The notes under the pieces are model-generated. The model saw nothing but the letters and a program-made list of their open reading frames with translations, made no database searches and was not told the DNA's origin. Both the position numbers and the translations under genes were made by a program. Positions 54,013 through 64,000 of a stretch of DNA of 64,000 bases are shown here, in pieces. This DNA comes from Alphaproteobacteria bacterium. GTDB lineage: Bacteria; Pseudomonadota; Alphaproteobacteria; Micropepsales; Micropepsaceae. Location of the stretch: contig JAWXBO010000003.1 of assembly GCA_034440175.1 (NCBI GenBank), positions 2,285 through 66,284 on the forward strand, given 5' to 3'. The number at the start of each line of letters is the position of its first letter. The stretch's first letter is position 1.

Positions 54013-55353
54013 CTATTTCGCTGGCGCAATTCCAAGCTTCGCTTCTATCGTCGCAAGATCGGCCTGGAGCTTTTGCGCCGCCTGCATGTCGGCCCGCCCC
54101 TCCGCCACATTGCCAAGCTGGGTTTTTGCAGCGCCCCGTCCGTAGAGCGCTACTGGATACTCAGGCCATAGTTCTAGTGCACGATCGTAGTCGCTGATGG
54201 CATTGCGCCAATCGCGGAGATGGAAATACGCATCGCCGCGCGTGTTGTAGCTCGCCGTAACACCGTTCTCGGGCGAAAGCTTGATCGCTTGGTCGCAGTC
54301 CGCGATGGCGCGGCGGTAGTCGCCCTTGCCGATAAAGGAGCGGGCGCGGTCCACGAGTGTTTCGGCGCTTTTCGGTTGCAGCTTGATGGCGTGATCGAAG
54401 TCTGAAATCGCGGCAGCCCATTGGCCCTTCGCATGACGCGCCTGGCCGCGATAGCTGAAATAAAGAACCTTGCCCGGCCTCTGTCTAATCGCACGGTCGA
54501 AGTCGGCGATGGCTTGATCATGTTGGGCCGCAAGATAATAAAGCGTGCCGCGGCTGAAATAAGCCTCGGCGTGGTTGGGCTTCAGCTTGATCGCCTGGCC
54601 GTAGTCCGCGATGGCCCGGTCGCGATTGCTTCCGCTGAAATCATAGGCTTTCGCACGCTTGAAGTAGTCCTCAGCCAAGTCGCTGCGAGTCTCACGGCCG
54701 GATTGGATCAATTTCGTGCAACCAGAAATCTGTAGATCCTGGGCATATCCCTCCTCAACGAGCGCTTTGCCGTCGCACCATGCGCGCGGATCGCCTGGTT
54801 TTTGTCCGCCTGTCAGGCGTGCTTTCGACTCCCGTGCTTCAGTCAGCCCGCCCTCGGCCATGCCAAATCCCGGGTAGAGCTGCAGTGCTTTCGTGTAGTC
54901 GGCGATCGCGCGATCATAGTCACCCTTGCGCGCATAGGTCATGCCGCGAAGAGTGACCGCGCCGAACGCCTTGGGTTCGAGCCGGATCGTTTGGCTGAAG
55001 TCCCCTATCGCTTGATCATAGTCGTGCTTGTGGAAGTAAATCTTGGCGCGGCTGAAATAAGCATCCGAGTAGTCCGGATTGAGTTCGATCGCCCGATCAC
55101 AATCGCGGATAGCTGAATCAAACTCTTCTTGCTGTTTGTAGAGCCAACAACGGTTCTGGAACGCCTCGGCGAGCGTTTCGCCGGTTGCACGCCCGGCTTG
55201 TATGACCGCTGTGCAGCCGGCCAATTTGACATCGCCGGTTACTCCGGGACCACCCTTGCATTGAGCCCACTCCGTCGACGTGTCTGGCGTCGTACACCCC
55301 GCCACAGCCAACAATGCCACCGTAACAACGACCCATGCGATATGGTTTGCCAT
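54013..55353 (-). CDS. TPR-repeat lipoprotein
   Basis: Lipobox LLAVAGC. At least 8 tandem TPR units (repeated DYDRAIADY..AI.L.P....A...RG pattern). Confidence 0.85.
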   Translation of the reverse strand: MANHIAWVVVTVALLAVAGCTTPDTSTEWAQCKGGPGVTGDVKLAGCTAVIQAGRATGETLAEAFQNRCWLYKQQEEFDSAIRDCDRAIELNPDYSDAYFSRAKIYFHKHDYDQAIGDFSQTIRLEPKAFGAVTLRGMTYARKGDYDRAIADYTKALQLYPGFGMAEGGLTEARESKARLTGGQKPGDPRAWCDGKALVEEGYAQDLQISGCTKLIQSGRETRSDLAEDYFKRAKAYDFSGSNRDRAIADYGQAIKLKPNHAEAYFSRGTLYYLAAQHDQAIADFDRAIRQRPGKVLYFSYRGQARHAKGQWAAAISDFDHAIKLQPKSAETLVDRARSFIGKGDYRRAIADCDQAIKLSPENGVTASYNTRGDAYFHLRDWRNAISDYDRALELWPEYPVALYGRGAAKTQLGNVAEGRADMQAAQKLQADLATIEAKLGIAPAK

Positions 55354-55600
55354 CTGTCCTCACACGTGCGTTCGGAGCGCCCGTTTCTTCCGACGGTCCA
55401 TCTTAGCCCAGTCTCAGCTATGATGCCACCTCTTCCTGGTGCCGACTTGGCGAGAGTTATGGGCATTGTGCACCCGTTGCTGATATTCGCAGGGACCGTG
55501 CAGTCGATCGCCGCGAATCGTGAGCGCGCGCGCCGGGCCCGATTTTCGAGGACTGGACGGCGTAATCCTTCAAACTGCAAACTGTTATTACGGGGACTAT

Positions 55601-56863
55601 TTAAATACACACGCTCGCCAGCGGCGGCATGCCGTTGAAGGCTATGCTGGAATAGGTGGTGGTGTAGGCGCCGGTTGACAGGATCAGGACTTTGTCGCCC
55701 GCCTTCAATGCGGTGGGCAGGCGGTAGTCTGACTTCTCGTAGAGAATATCGGCGCTGTCGCAGGTGGGGCCGGCCAGGATCACCGGTGTGGTTGGGCCGC
55801 CGTCGAAAGCGGTCGTGATGCGATACTTGATTGCTTCATCCATGGTTTCGGCGAGGCCGTGGAATTTGCCGACGTCGAGATAGACCCAACGCCGCTCGTC
55901 TGTGCCGCCTTTATGAGAGACCAGCACGACTTCGCTTTGGATGACGCCGGCGTCGCCTACTATGTAGCGGCCGGGTTCGACGATGAGTTCGGGTTGTTGG
56001 CCTGGAAAATGTTGCGCCAGCGAGGCGCGAATGGCAGTGGCATAGGCCTCGATTGTGGGGACATCACGGTTGTAGCGTGTGGGAAAGCCGCCGCCGATAT
56101 TGATCATGCGCAAGTGCACGCCGCGGGCCGCCACATCGGCGAAGAGGGCGCTGGCTTGCGTGATGGCTTTGTCGAACTGGCGCAGGTCGGTCTGTTGCGA
56201 GCCAACGTGGAATGAAATGCCGTAAGCGTCGAGGCCAAGTTCGTTGGCGCGGGCGAGCAGGTCGGCTGCCATGGCGACTTCGCAACCGAACTTACGCGAA
56301 AGCGGCCACTCGGCGCCTTCGCAATCGACGAGGATGCGGCAGAAGACTTTTGCGCCGGGCGCGCTTTCGGCGAGTTTCTCCAGCTCGGCCTCACTGTCGA
56401 AAGCAAACAAGCGCACGCCGCGTGAGAACGCTGCGGCAATGTCGTGCTGTTTCTTGATGGTGTTGCCGAAGGAGAGGCGATGCGGCTCTATGCCTTGTGC
56501 GAGGCACAGATCGATTTCACCCATGCTGGCGGTGTCGAAGTGGGAGCCCAGGCTTGCGAGGCGCGCGATGATTTCGCAGGCCGGGTTGGCTTTGACGGCG
56601 TAGTAGACGCTGGCTTCTGGCAGGGCGCGGATGAGGTCAAGGTAATTGTATTCGACCAGCTCGACGTCGATGATCAGGCAGGGTGAGGGCAGCGTTGCCG
56701 TTTGCAGATACTGTGCGATGCGGGGCGGCAGACCGCCGCGTTCGGCCGGCAATTCGCCTGCGCGGGCGATGGCACGCAATGTCTGGAGCGCGTTGGGCGC
56801 TTTGTTGATGGCAGAGTCGGATTGGCGCTTGGAGGCGCTTGCGCCCCGCTTCATGGTCAGCAT
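55601..56863 (-). CDS. Ornithine decarboxylase (type III PLP-dependent, Orn/DAP/Arg decarboxylase family 2)
   Basis: PLP lysine context YYAVKANP, FHVGSQ, GGGFP, C-terminal CDSADIL. Start ambiguous (GTG 56872, ATG 56863 or ATG 56854). Confidence 0.85.
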   Translation of the reverse strand: MLTMKRGASASKRQSDSAINKAPNALQTLRAIARAGELPAERGGLPPRIAQYLQTATLPSPCLIIDVELVEYNYLDLIRALPEASVYYAVKANPACEIIARLASLGSHFDTASMGEIDLCLAQGIEPHRLSFGNTIKKQHDIAAAFSRGVRLFAFDSEAELEKLAESAPGAKVFCRILVDCEGAEWPLSRKFGCEVAMAADLLARANELGLDAYGISFHVGSQQTDLRQFDKAITQASALFADVAARGVHLRMINIGGGFPTRYNRDVPTIEAYATAIRASLAQHFPGQQPELIVEPGRYIVGDAGVIQSEVVLVSHKGGTDERRWVYLDVGKFHGLAETMDEAIKYRITTAFDGGPTTPVILAGPTCDSADILYEKSDYRLPTALKAGDKVLILSTGAYTTTYSSIAFNGMPPLASVCI

Positions 56864-57056
56864 CGTCAACACCCTTTAAGACCCGGCATTCAGCCGGCGT
56901 GATCGAAAAGGACGCTTCCGTCGTTGCTAGTACCACGAGGGGCCAGGGGCACGTGCGTTTCGCGTCTTAAGAGACGGTAGCAAATAATGGTTGCTGAACC
57001 GTAGTGCAAGGGTTTGTTTACGAACCTTAATGAATTGGTCACAAACTATTTAATCC

Positions 57057-57117
57057 ACGCGGAGGTCGCGGAGGGGTGCGCTCCGTTGAGTATGAAATCG
57101 ACTCCGCGTCTCCGCGT
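57057..57117 (-). terminator. Nested GC-rich hairpin immediately downstream of rnr (terminator or leader structure)
   Basis: CACGCGGAG (57057-57065) pairs perfectly with CTCCGCGTG (57109-57117). An inner CGCGGAG/CTCCGCG pair lies inside. On the transcribed strand it is followed by the AU-rich AUUAAAUAGUUU. Confidence 0.4.
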
Positions 57118-57131
57118 GCTAATTTTTACTG

Positions 57132-59261
57132 TTAGCGGCGGCGGTTGCTGCGTTTGAAGGGCTTCTTCGGCGTTTCGGTTCGTGCCGGGGTTCCGGCTTT
57201 TCCGCCTTCGAGCAAATGGAAGCGCAGGCCGCCGGTTAGTGGGGTTGCTTCCTCGAGGCGCACGCGCACCGTGTCACCGAGACGGAAGGTGATGCCGGTT
57301 TTCTCGCCCACCAGTGCATGGCTGCGTTCGTTGTGGTTGAAGAACTCGCGGCCGAGCGAGCGCACCGGGATGAGACCGTCGGCACCGGTTTCGGCGAGGC
57401 GGACGAACAGGCCAAAGCGGGTGACGCCGGAGATTCTGGCCTGGAACTCGGCGCCGACACGGTCTGACATGAAGGCCGCGATATAGCGGTCGGTGGAGTC
57501 GCGTTCGGCGGCCATGGCGCGGCGTTCGAAGCCCGAGATGTCTTGCGCAATCCGGGTCAGGTGCCCGATTTCGCCGTCGGTCAGGCCATCGGGTCCCAAT
57601 TTGTAGGCGCGGATCAAGGCGCGGTGGACGATGAGATCGGCGTAGCGGCGGATGGGTGAGGTGAAATGCGCATAGCGGTGCAACGCCAGGCCAAAGTGGC
57701 CGATGTTGTCAGGGTTATACTCGGCTTGGCTCTGCGAGCGCAGCATGACGATGTTGATGAGTTCGGTGTTGGCGGTGTTCTTCGCTGCTTGCAGGATCTG
57801 GTTGAGCATCGCGGTTGTGACGGTCTGGCCCTTGGGAACGGTGATGTTCATCGTGCCCAGAAAATCGCTGAGGGCGTGGAGTTTCTCGGTCGACGGCGGG
57901 GCGTGAATGCGGAAGACAAGGGGTACGCGTTTTGCCTCGAGCGCTTCGGCGGCTGCCACGTTGGCCTGGATCATGAACTCTTCGATGAGCTTGTGGGCGT
58001 CGTAGCGTTCGCGTGTGTTGATCGATTTGACGCGGCCATCGGGGCCCAATTCTATTTTCTGTTCGGGCAGGTCGAGATCGAGCGGGCTGCGTTTAGTGCG
58101 GGCTTTGATGAGGGCGCGGTAGCAGGCTTCGAGTGGCTTCAAAATCGGCTGCAGCAGCGGAGCGGTTTTATCGTTGGGATTGCCGTCGAGTGCTTCCTGG
58201 ACTTCGTTGTAGCTCAGCCGCGCCGCAGAGCGCATGAGGGCGCGCTCGAAGCGATGGCTCTTGAGTTTGCCGTTGGCGTCGAATTTCAGATGACAGGCGA
58301 GAATGGCGCGATCCTGCTTTTCCATTAGCGAGCAGAGATCAGCCGACAGTGATTCAGGCAGCATCGGCACCACGCGGTCGGGGAAGTAGCAGGAATTGCC
58401 ACGCGTGATGGCCTCGCGATCAATGGCGCTGCCGGAGCGCACATACCAGGCGACATCGGCGATGGCAACGATGGCCTTGAAGCCGCCTTTGTTGTGCGGG
58501 TCGTCGTCAGGGGCGGCCCATACCGCGTCGTCGTGGTCGCGTGCGTCGGGGGGATCTATGGTGATAAGCGGTGTGTTGCGAAGGTCGGTGCGCCCTTCGA
58601 GCGTCGCTGGCTTTGCCTGCTCTACTTCATCGATGACGCTTTGGGGAAACTGATCGGGGATGGCGTGGGTGTGAATGGCGATCAGGCTGATCGATTTGGG
58701 TTCGGATGATTTTCCCAGACGCTCGCGTACGCGGGCGCGTGGCAGGCCCATCTGGCGCTCGGTCATGGGTTCGACGACAACGAGCTCGCCGTCGACTGCG
58801 CCGCCCATGTCGGCTTCAGCGACGATGAAGTCGTGACGGGCTTTTTTGTCGACGGGCTCAACACGGCCGTGGCGGCCAAGTTTGCGGAAGACGCCGACGG
58901 CTCTGGTTGGACTGGCGCCCAGACGTTTGATGATTTTCGCTTCGTAGATCTGGCCGTTATGGCTCAGGCGGGCGAGGAAGCGTTCGCCGATGCCCAGAGC
59001 GGGCGTTGTGGTGTCCGCGCCCGGGGCCAAGATGATGCGCGGCGGTTTGGCATCACCGTCCCAATTGGCGGGGCGGCAAATCAGTTCGCCGTCGGTGTCG
59101 AGTTCGATGACTTCGACGACAGTGACTTCTGGCAAATCGCTCTGCCGGGAGCGCTTGCGGACATGGTGGCGGTTGAAGGTGGCAGGTTGTTTTGCGATCT
59201 TATCGCGCGTGAGGCCTTCGCGTTTCTTCGGACCTTTGGGATCGCGCTTCTTTTTGTTCAC
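57132..59261 (-). CDS. rnr: Ribonuclease R
   Basis: GTG start overlapping the topA stop (GTGA). RNB-domain motifs (DPPDARDHDDAV, HFGLALHRYAHFTSPIRRYADL). C-terminal S1 domain and basic tail. Confidence 0.95.
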   Translation of the reverse strand: MNKKKRDPKGPKKREGLTRDKIAKQPATFNRHHVRKRSRQSDLPEVTVVEVIELDTDGELICRPANWDGDAKPPRIILAPGADTTTPALGIGERFLARLSHNGQIYEAKIIKRLGASPTRAVGVFRKLGRHGRVEPVDKKARHDFIVAEADMGGAVDGELVVVEPMTERQMGLPRARVRERLGKSSEPKSISLIAIHTHAIPDQFPQSVIDEVEQAKPATLEGRTDLRNTPLITIDPPDARDHDDAVWAAPDDDPHNKGGFKAIVAIADVAWYVRSGSAIDREAITRGNSCYFPDRVVPMLPESLSADLCSLMEKQDRAILACHLKFDANGKLKSHRFERALMRSAARLSYNEVQEALDGNPNDKTAPLLQPILKPLEACYRALIKARTKRSPLDLDLPEQKIELGPDGRVKSINTRERYDAHKLIEEFMIQANVAAAEALEAKRVPLVFRIHAPPSTEKLHALSDFLGTMNITVPKGQTVTTAMLNQILQAAKNTANTELINIVMLRSQSQAEYNPDNIGHFGLALHRYAHFTSPIRRYADLIVHRALIRAYKLGPDGLTDGEIGHLTRIAQDISGFERRAMAAERDSTDRYIAAFMSDRVGAEFQARISGVTRFGLFVRLAETGADGLIPVRSLGREFFNHNERSHALVGEKTGITFRLGDTVRVRLEEATPLTGGLRFHLLEGGKAGTPARTETPKKPFKRSNRRR

Positions 59262-61948
59262 GTCGTTTCAAGTACTTTCTTTTTGAGCGCAGGCTTTTTG
59301 GCCGACGCGGCTGGTTTGGTTTTGGCTTTAGTTTCGGCCTTTGCGGGCTTGGCTGTTGCCTTGTCGGTTTTCTTTTCCGGCTTTGCCTTGGCTGGCTTCT
59401 TCTTTTTCTTTTTGCCACCGCCACTGGCCGCGCGTTCTCTGAGCAACTCGACGGCGGCTTCCATCGTGTAGGTCTGCGGGTCGGCGCCTTTGGGCAGCGT
59501 GGCGTTGGTTTCGCCGTCGGTGACGTATTCGCCGTAACGCCCGCTCATGATTTTGACGTTGGCTTTGGATTCAGGGTGGGGCCCCAGTTCCTTCAGAGCT
59601 TTGGCTTCGTTAAAGCGGCGGCGTGGATTGGCTTTCTTTTCGGCGAGTACGGTGACGGCGCGATTGATGCCGATGGTGAAAACTTCGTCGTCGCTCTCAA
59701 GGTTGGCGTAGGCGCCATCGTGCAAAATATAGGGTCCGAAGCGGCCGAAATTGGCGACGATCGGATTTCCTGATTCAGGGTGGAGCCCTACTTCGCGCGG
59801 GAGCGACAAAAGCTTCAACGCGGTTTCGAGATCGAGGTTGGTGCGGTCAACGCCTTTGGGAATGCTGGAGCGCTTGGGGTTGATTTTTTCTTCCTTCGAG
59901 CCTTCGCCGAGTTGGAGATAGGGACCGAAGCGGCCGACGCGCATGGTGACGCTGAGACCGGAATCGGGATCGACCCCCAAGGTGCGGGTTTCGGCGGCGC
60001 CGTCACCGCCGGAGGCTGCGAGCTGGCGGGTGTAACTGCATTTTTCGCCGGTCTCGACTTTATAGTTCGAGCAGCCGATGAAGGCGCCGAACTTGCCCAG
60101 GCGCAGACCGAGTTCGCCGGAGGCGCACATCTTGCACTTACGCGGATCGCTGCCGTCAGTGGTGGCCGGAAAAATGTGCGAGCCCAGCACTTCGTTAAGT
60201 GTGTCCAGGACCTGGGTGATGCGCAGTTCGGCGGTGCCCTTGATGGCGGCGTCAAAGCCGGTCCAGAAATCGCGCAGCAGAACCTTGTATTTCAGTTTGC
60301 CTTCAGAGACTTGGTCGAGCTGATCTTCGAGGTCGGCGGTAAAGGCGTATTGCACATAGTGTTCAAAGAAATTGGTGAGGAAGGCGGTGACAAGCAGGCC
60401 GCGGTCTTCCGAGACGAAGCGCGATTTCTCCATGCGAACGTATTTGCGGTCTCGCAGGACCTGCAACGTCGAGGCGTAGGTCGAAGGGCGGCCGATGCCG
60501 AGCTCTTCCATTTTCTTGACCAGAGACGCTTCAGAAAAACGCGGCGGCGGTTCAGTGAAATGCTGTTCCGGTTTGACTTCTTTGACACCCAAGGCATCGC
60601 CCTGGGATACTTTCGGCAGGCGGTCGCCGTCTTCGTCGTCCGCGCTGTCGTCACGGCCCTCCTGATACAGGACAAGAAAGCCATCGAAGATCTGCACCGA
60701 GCCATTGGCGCGCAAGCCTGTGCGTCCGTCCGGAGTTTCGATGTCGACGGTGGTGCGTTCGAATTCGGCTGATTCCATCTGGCTTGCGACCATGCGCTTC
60801 CAGGCGAGGTCGTAGAGCCTCAGCATGTCGGGCTCAAGCGACTTCAGAGATTCCGGCGTGCGATCGACGTCGGCGGGACGAATGGCTTCGTGCGCTTCCT
60901 GGGCGTTGCGGGTTTTTGACTTGTAGACGCGCGGGCTTGCTGGCAAATGTTTGGCGCTGAAATTTTTGGCAATCAGTTTGCGCGTTTGGGCGAGCGCTTC
61001 GGGTGCCACATCGACGCCATCGGTACGCATATAGGTGATGAGGCCGACGGTTTCGCCGCCGATGTCGACACCTTCATAGAGACGCTGGGCGACACGCATG
61101 GTGTGGCTGGCGGAAAAGCCGAGCTTGCGCGAGGCTTCTTGTTGCAGTGTCGAGGTTGTGAATGGGGGGTAGGGATTACGGCGCGCCGGTTTGGTTTCGA
61201 CACTGACGACCGAGAATTTACCCTGCTCGATGATCGTGCGAGCGGCGAATGCCGAGGCTTCGTTGGGCAGAGAGAATTTTTCGATCTTCTCGCCGTTGAG
61301 TTTGATCAGCCTTGCAGTCAGCTGGTCGCTCTTAGGCGTGTTGAGAAGTGTGTCGACGGTCCAGTATTCTTCGGCGCGGAATTTCTCGATGTCGAGTTCG
61401 CGCTCGCAAATCAGGCGCAAGGCCACCGACTGAACGCGCCCGGCCGACTTTGAGCCCGGAAGTTTGCGCCACAGGACGGGCGAGAGATTGTAGCCCACGA
61501 GATAATCAAGGGCACGGCGAGCCAAATAAGCATCGACCAGTTCGTTGTCGACCTGCCGCGGATTGGCCATGCCTTCGAGCACGGCGTTCTTGGTGATCGC
61601 ATTAAAGACGACGCGTTCGACGGCGACGTCTTTGAGGAGTTTCTTTTGTTTGAGCACTTCGAGCAGGTGCCAGGATATGGCTTCGCCTTCGCGGTCAGGG
61701 TCGGTGGCGAGGATCAGCTTTTTCGCGCCTTTCATGGCGGCGGTAATTTCGTTCAGGTGCTTGGCGGCGCGTTCGGCGATCTCCCACGACATAGCGAAAT
61801 CTTCGTCAGGCTTGACCGAGCCGTCCTCTTCCGCGAGGTCGCGGACATGGCCGTAAGAGGCGAGCACTTTGAAGTCCGTGCCGAGGTATTTGTTGATCGT
61901 TTTTGCCTTGGCTGGCGACTCAACGATCACGACATTGCTTGCGGCCAC
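59258..61948 (-). CDS. topA: DNA topoisomerase I
   Basis: TOPRIM N-terminus (VVIVESPAKAKTINKYLG). Active-site region (YEGVDIGGETVGLITYMRTD). C-terminal zinc-ribbon-like repeats and Lys-rich tail. Confidence 0.95.
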   Translation of the reverse strand: MAASNVVIVESPAKAKTINKYLGTDFKVLASYGHVRDLAEEDGSVKPDEDFAMSWEIAERAAKHLNEITAAMKGAKKLILATDPDREGEAISWHLLEVLKQKKLLKDVAVERVVFNAITKNAVLEGMANPRQVDNELVDAYLARRALDYLVGYNLSPVLWRKLPGSKSAGRVQSVALRLICERELDIEKFRAEEYWTVDTLLNTPKSDQLTARLIKLNGEKIEKFSLPNEASAFAARTIIEQGKFSVVSVETKPARRNPYPPFTTSTLQQEASRKLGFSASHTMRVAQRLYEGVDIGGETVGLITYMRTDGVDVAPEALAQTRKLIAKNFSAKHLPASPRVYKSKTRNAQEAHEAIRPADVDRTPESLKSLEPDMLRLYDLAWKRMVASQMESAEFERTTVDIETPDGRTGLRANGSVQIFDGFLVLYQEGRDDSADDEDGDRLPKVSQGDALGVKEVKPEQHFTEPPPRFSEASLVKKMEELGIGRPSTYASTLQVLRDRKYVRMEKSRFVSEDRGLLVTAFLTNFFEHYVQYAFTADLEDQLDQVSEGKLKYKVLLRDFWTGFDAAIKGTAELRITQVLDTLNEVLGSHIFPATTDGSDPRKCKMCASGELGLRLGKFGAFIGCSNYKVETGEKCSYTRQLAASGGDGAAETRTLGVDPDSGLSVTMRVGRFGPYLQLGEGSKEEKINPKRSSIPKGVDRTNLDLETALKLLSLPREVGLHPESGNPIVANFGRFGPYILHDGAYANLESDDEVFTIGINRAVTVLAEKKANPRRRFNEAKALKELGPHPESKANVKIMSGRYGEYVTDGETNATLPKGADPQTYTMEAAVELLRERAASGGGKKKKKKPAKAKPEKKTDKATAKPAKAETKAKTKPAASAKKPALKKKVLETT

Positions 61949-62085
61949 TCGGTTGTTGTTCCTTTTGGGTGGACCCTGTTTTAGGGCGCGGACAGTGGTC
62001 TAATTTTTGTTGCCAAGTCAACCAGCGGGTGCGTCATCGCGGGCCAGCGTGTCTAAAAATGCTTTAGATTCAATAAATTAGTTGG

Positions 62086-63195
62086 TTACCCGGCGGCTGC
62101 CAGGGAGACTTTCTGGCCAGCGTGTCGGGTTAACAGACCGGCGAATTCCAGGTCCAGAAGGGCCGTTGCAACCGCTGCGGGTGTAACGCCGAGGAGACGG
62201 ACCAGCTCGTCCGACTCGATGGGTGCGGCCCCTAAATGACGTAGAATTTCGGCCTCTAGCCTGTCGTCACCGGGGAGGGGTTGGGCGGTGTAGCTCTCAG
62301 GGGATTTGGGCGCGGGCTGTTGCCATTCGGCGGGGCGCAGGGTCGCGAATATATCTTCGGCGCTTTCGGTGAGGATGGCGCCCTGGCGCAGCAGACTGTT
62401 GGTGCCCCTGGCGCGCGGATCGAGCGGGGAACCCGGAACGGCGAAGACCTCGCGGCCCTGTTCGCCCGCCAGCCTTGCGGTGATGAGAGAGCCGGAGTTG
62501 AGGGTCGCCTCAACCACAAGCACACCGCGCGCAAGGCCTGAGATGATGCGGTTGCGGCGCGGGAAGTGTTGAGCAGTCGGCTGAAAGGCGAAGGGCATTT
62601 CGGCAATGATCGCGCCCTTGGCTGCGATCTCGTCGAAGAGCCTGGCGTTCTCAGGCGGGTAGATGACGTTGATCCCCCCGGCCATTACGGCCACGGTTCC
62701 GGTTTCGAGGCTGCCTTTGTGGGCGGCGGTGTCGATGCCGCGGGCGAGGCCTGAGGTAATGACGAATCCCGCTTCACCCAGATCGCGCGCGATCCCGCGT
62801 GCAAAGCGATGGCCGAGGGCGGAGGCGTTGCGGGCGCCAACAATGGCGATGGCGTCGCGGTTGAGAATTTGCGCGTCGCCTTTCACCGTAATGAGGGGCG
62901 GTGGTTGGTCGAGCGCTGCCAGGGTTGCGGGGTAGGCGTTGTCGCCGGGGGTGAGAAGTTGGGCGCCGAAGTCCGAGAGGGCTTCGAGTTCTTTTTGTGC
63001 CTCGAGTGTGGAGATGATGGTGATCGGGCGCGCCTTGCCGGATTTTCGCGAGAGAGCGGGCAGCGCGTCGATCGCGGCGTACGCCGAGCCGAAACGCTCG
63101 ATGGCGGCCCAGAACGTGACCGGGCCCACGCTGTCGCTGCGGATGAGCCGCAGACGCGCGAGGCGTTCGGGCTGTGAGATGGTGGTGTCGCTCAT
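62086..63195 (-). CDS. dprA: DNA-processing protein DprA
   Basis: Rossmann-like DprA core (IAIVGARNASALGHRFA...GLARGIDTAAHKGSL...GSLITARLAGEQGREVFAVPGSPLDPR). Confidence 0.9.
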   Translation of the reverse strand: MSDTTISQPERLARLRLIRSDSVGPVTFWAAIERFGSAYAAIDALPALSRKSGKARPITIISTLEAQKELEALSDFGAQLLTPGDNAYPATLAALDQPPPLITVKGDAQILNRDAIAIVGARNASALGHRFARGIARDLGEAGFVITSGLARGIDTAAHKGSLETGTVAVMAGGINVIYPPENARLFDEIAAKGAIIAEMPFAFQPTAQHFPRRNRIISGLARGVLVVEATLNSGSLITARLAGEQGREVFAVPGSPLDPRARGTNSLLRQGAILTESAEDIFATLRPAEWQQPAPKSPESYTAQPLPGDDRLEAEILRHLGAAPIESDELVRLLGVTPAAVATALLDLEFAGLLTRHAGQKVSLAAAG

Positions 63196-63280
63196 GGCGG
63201 GAGGGTTTGAGCGGAATGGGGCGGAATGATGGCGGGATGAGAGTCAATTGTCGCAAATCCCTTTGGCTTCACTACAAATT

Positions 63281-63670
63281 CTAATTCAGTTTCAACGCCA
63301 AGGGATGTACGGCCAATGCACGGTCGATTGTAAGGAGTTGCATGGATTCGATTTTGCATTGCGCGATGAGCAGACGGTCGAATGGATCACGGGTGAGTGG
63401 TTCGGGCGCGACGGATGCCAGCGCGTGGTTGGCGTTGATGACCAATAGACCCATGCCGATCTCTGAGATCAGTTCCGGTAAATTTTCGGGCGGCTGCGCG
63501 AGATCGAGTTTTTTCAGCCGCCACTTTATTGCGATCTCCCAGAGGCTGGCCACGCTGACGTAGATGTCAGCCTCCGGTGACACGAGGATGCGCTTCACCT
63601 GCGTGCTAAGTGCCCGGTTTCCTTTCTCGATCGCGGCGAGGAGGATCTGTGTGTCGAGCAGAACCTTCAT
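63281..63670 (-). CDS. vapC: Type II toxin, PIN domain (VapC family)
   Basis: MKVLLDTQILL...SLWEIAIK...DPFDRLLIAQ. 129 aa. 4-nt overlap with the upstream antitoxin gene. Confidence 0.85.
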   Translation of the reverse strand: MKVLLDTQILLAAIEKGNRALSTQVKRILVSPEADIYVSVASLWEIAIKWRLKKLDLAQPPENLPELISEIGMGLLVINANHALASVAPEPLTRDPFDRLLIAQCKIESMQLLTIDRALAVHPLALKLN

Positions 63671-63933
63671 TTCCCAGGCAGCGGTCGAAGCAAGAAGTTC
63701 TCAGGTAAAGGTGCATCGAAATCGTCAGCGATGCGCAAAACGAGCTTCTTGATCTTGTATTTGCGCTTGAACTCGCCAATCGCTTGCCAGCGTAAACCGC
63801 CTTTGGGTTTGTGCGGCACCAAGTCGAGCACCGGTGTGCCGTTGCGCGTGACAATAATAGTCTCGCCATCCTCCACCTCGCGGGCGAGTTCGGTCAGGCG
63901 GTTTTTCGCATCGCGAATTGAAACGGTTTTCAT
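63667..63933 (-). CDS. Type II antitoxin, Phd/YefM family
   Basis: MKTVSIRDAKNRLTELAREVEDGETIIVTRNGTPVLDLVP. 88 aa. Confidence 0.85.
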   Translation of the reverse strand: MKTVSIRDAKNRLTELAREVEDGETIIVTRNGTPVLDLVPHKPKGGLRWQAIGEFKRKYKIKKLVLRIADDFDAPLPENFLLRPLPGK

Positions 63934-64000
63934 AACTGAATGGTAGCTACATGTGGCTACAAAGTCAAGCCATAGCTTAAGGCTGCTTCTTCTCGCCGAT

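Overview
High-GC alphaproteobacterial chromosomal segment; mipZ, divK-pleD, rpoE-chrR, clpS-clpA, topA-rnr and dprA suggest a Hyphomicrobiales or Caulobacter-like lineage. I support about 55 CDS. No rRNA, tRNA or CRISPR array is visible. Housekeeping blocks occupy 0-29 kb (putA, the rpoE-chrR singlet-oxygen module with an oxidoreductase/DUF1365/CFA-synthase operon, slt, mipZ, phasin, clpSA, aguAB) and 44-64 kb (dinB, divK-pleD, rpmG, ornithine decarboxylase, rnr, topA, dprA, VapBC). Between aguB and dinB lies a roughly 14.7 kb accessory segment (about 29.2-44.0 kb). Its left edge is a diverged head-to-tail duplication of the aguB 3' end. Next comes a clearly lower-GC two-gene cassette: a caspase-like C14 protease with an unknown C-terminal domain, plus an Mrr-nuclease/STAND NTPase. 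This cassette is my best candidate for an undescribed conflict or defence system. The rest of the segment holds gene fragments (hipA, epimerase, carbamoyltransferase), a GH65 gene, an intact IS1380-family element with inverted repeats and CTAG flanks, an operon of uncharacterised membrane proteins (DUF3422-like), and an ORF ending in a uvrC-like GIY-YIG fossil. Other sequence-level observations: a roughly 110-nt GGACA-rich element present twice in the same position upstream of mipZ and an SPFH gene; paired TGATCC-N16-CGT sigma-E-type promoters; PhaR-like palindromes at the phasin promoter; a REP-like hairpin cluster; an untracked 46-aa secreted-peptide ORF; and a 797-aa orphan membrane protein. 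All functional calls rest on motif recognition by eye. No database search was run.
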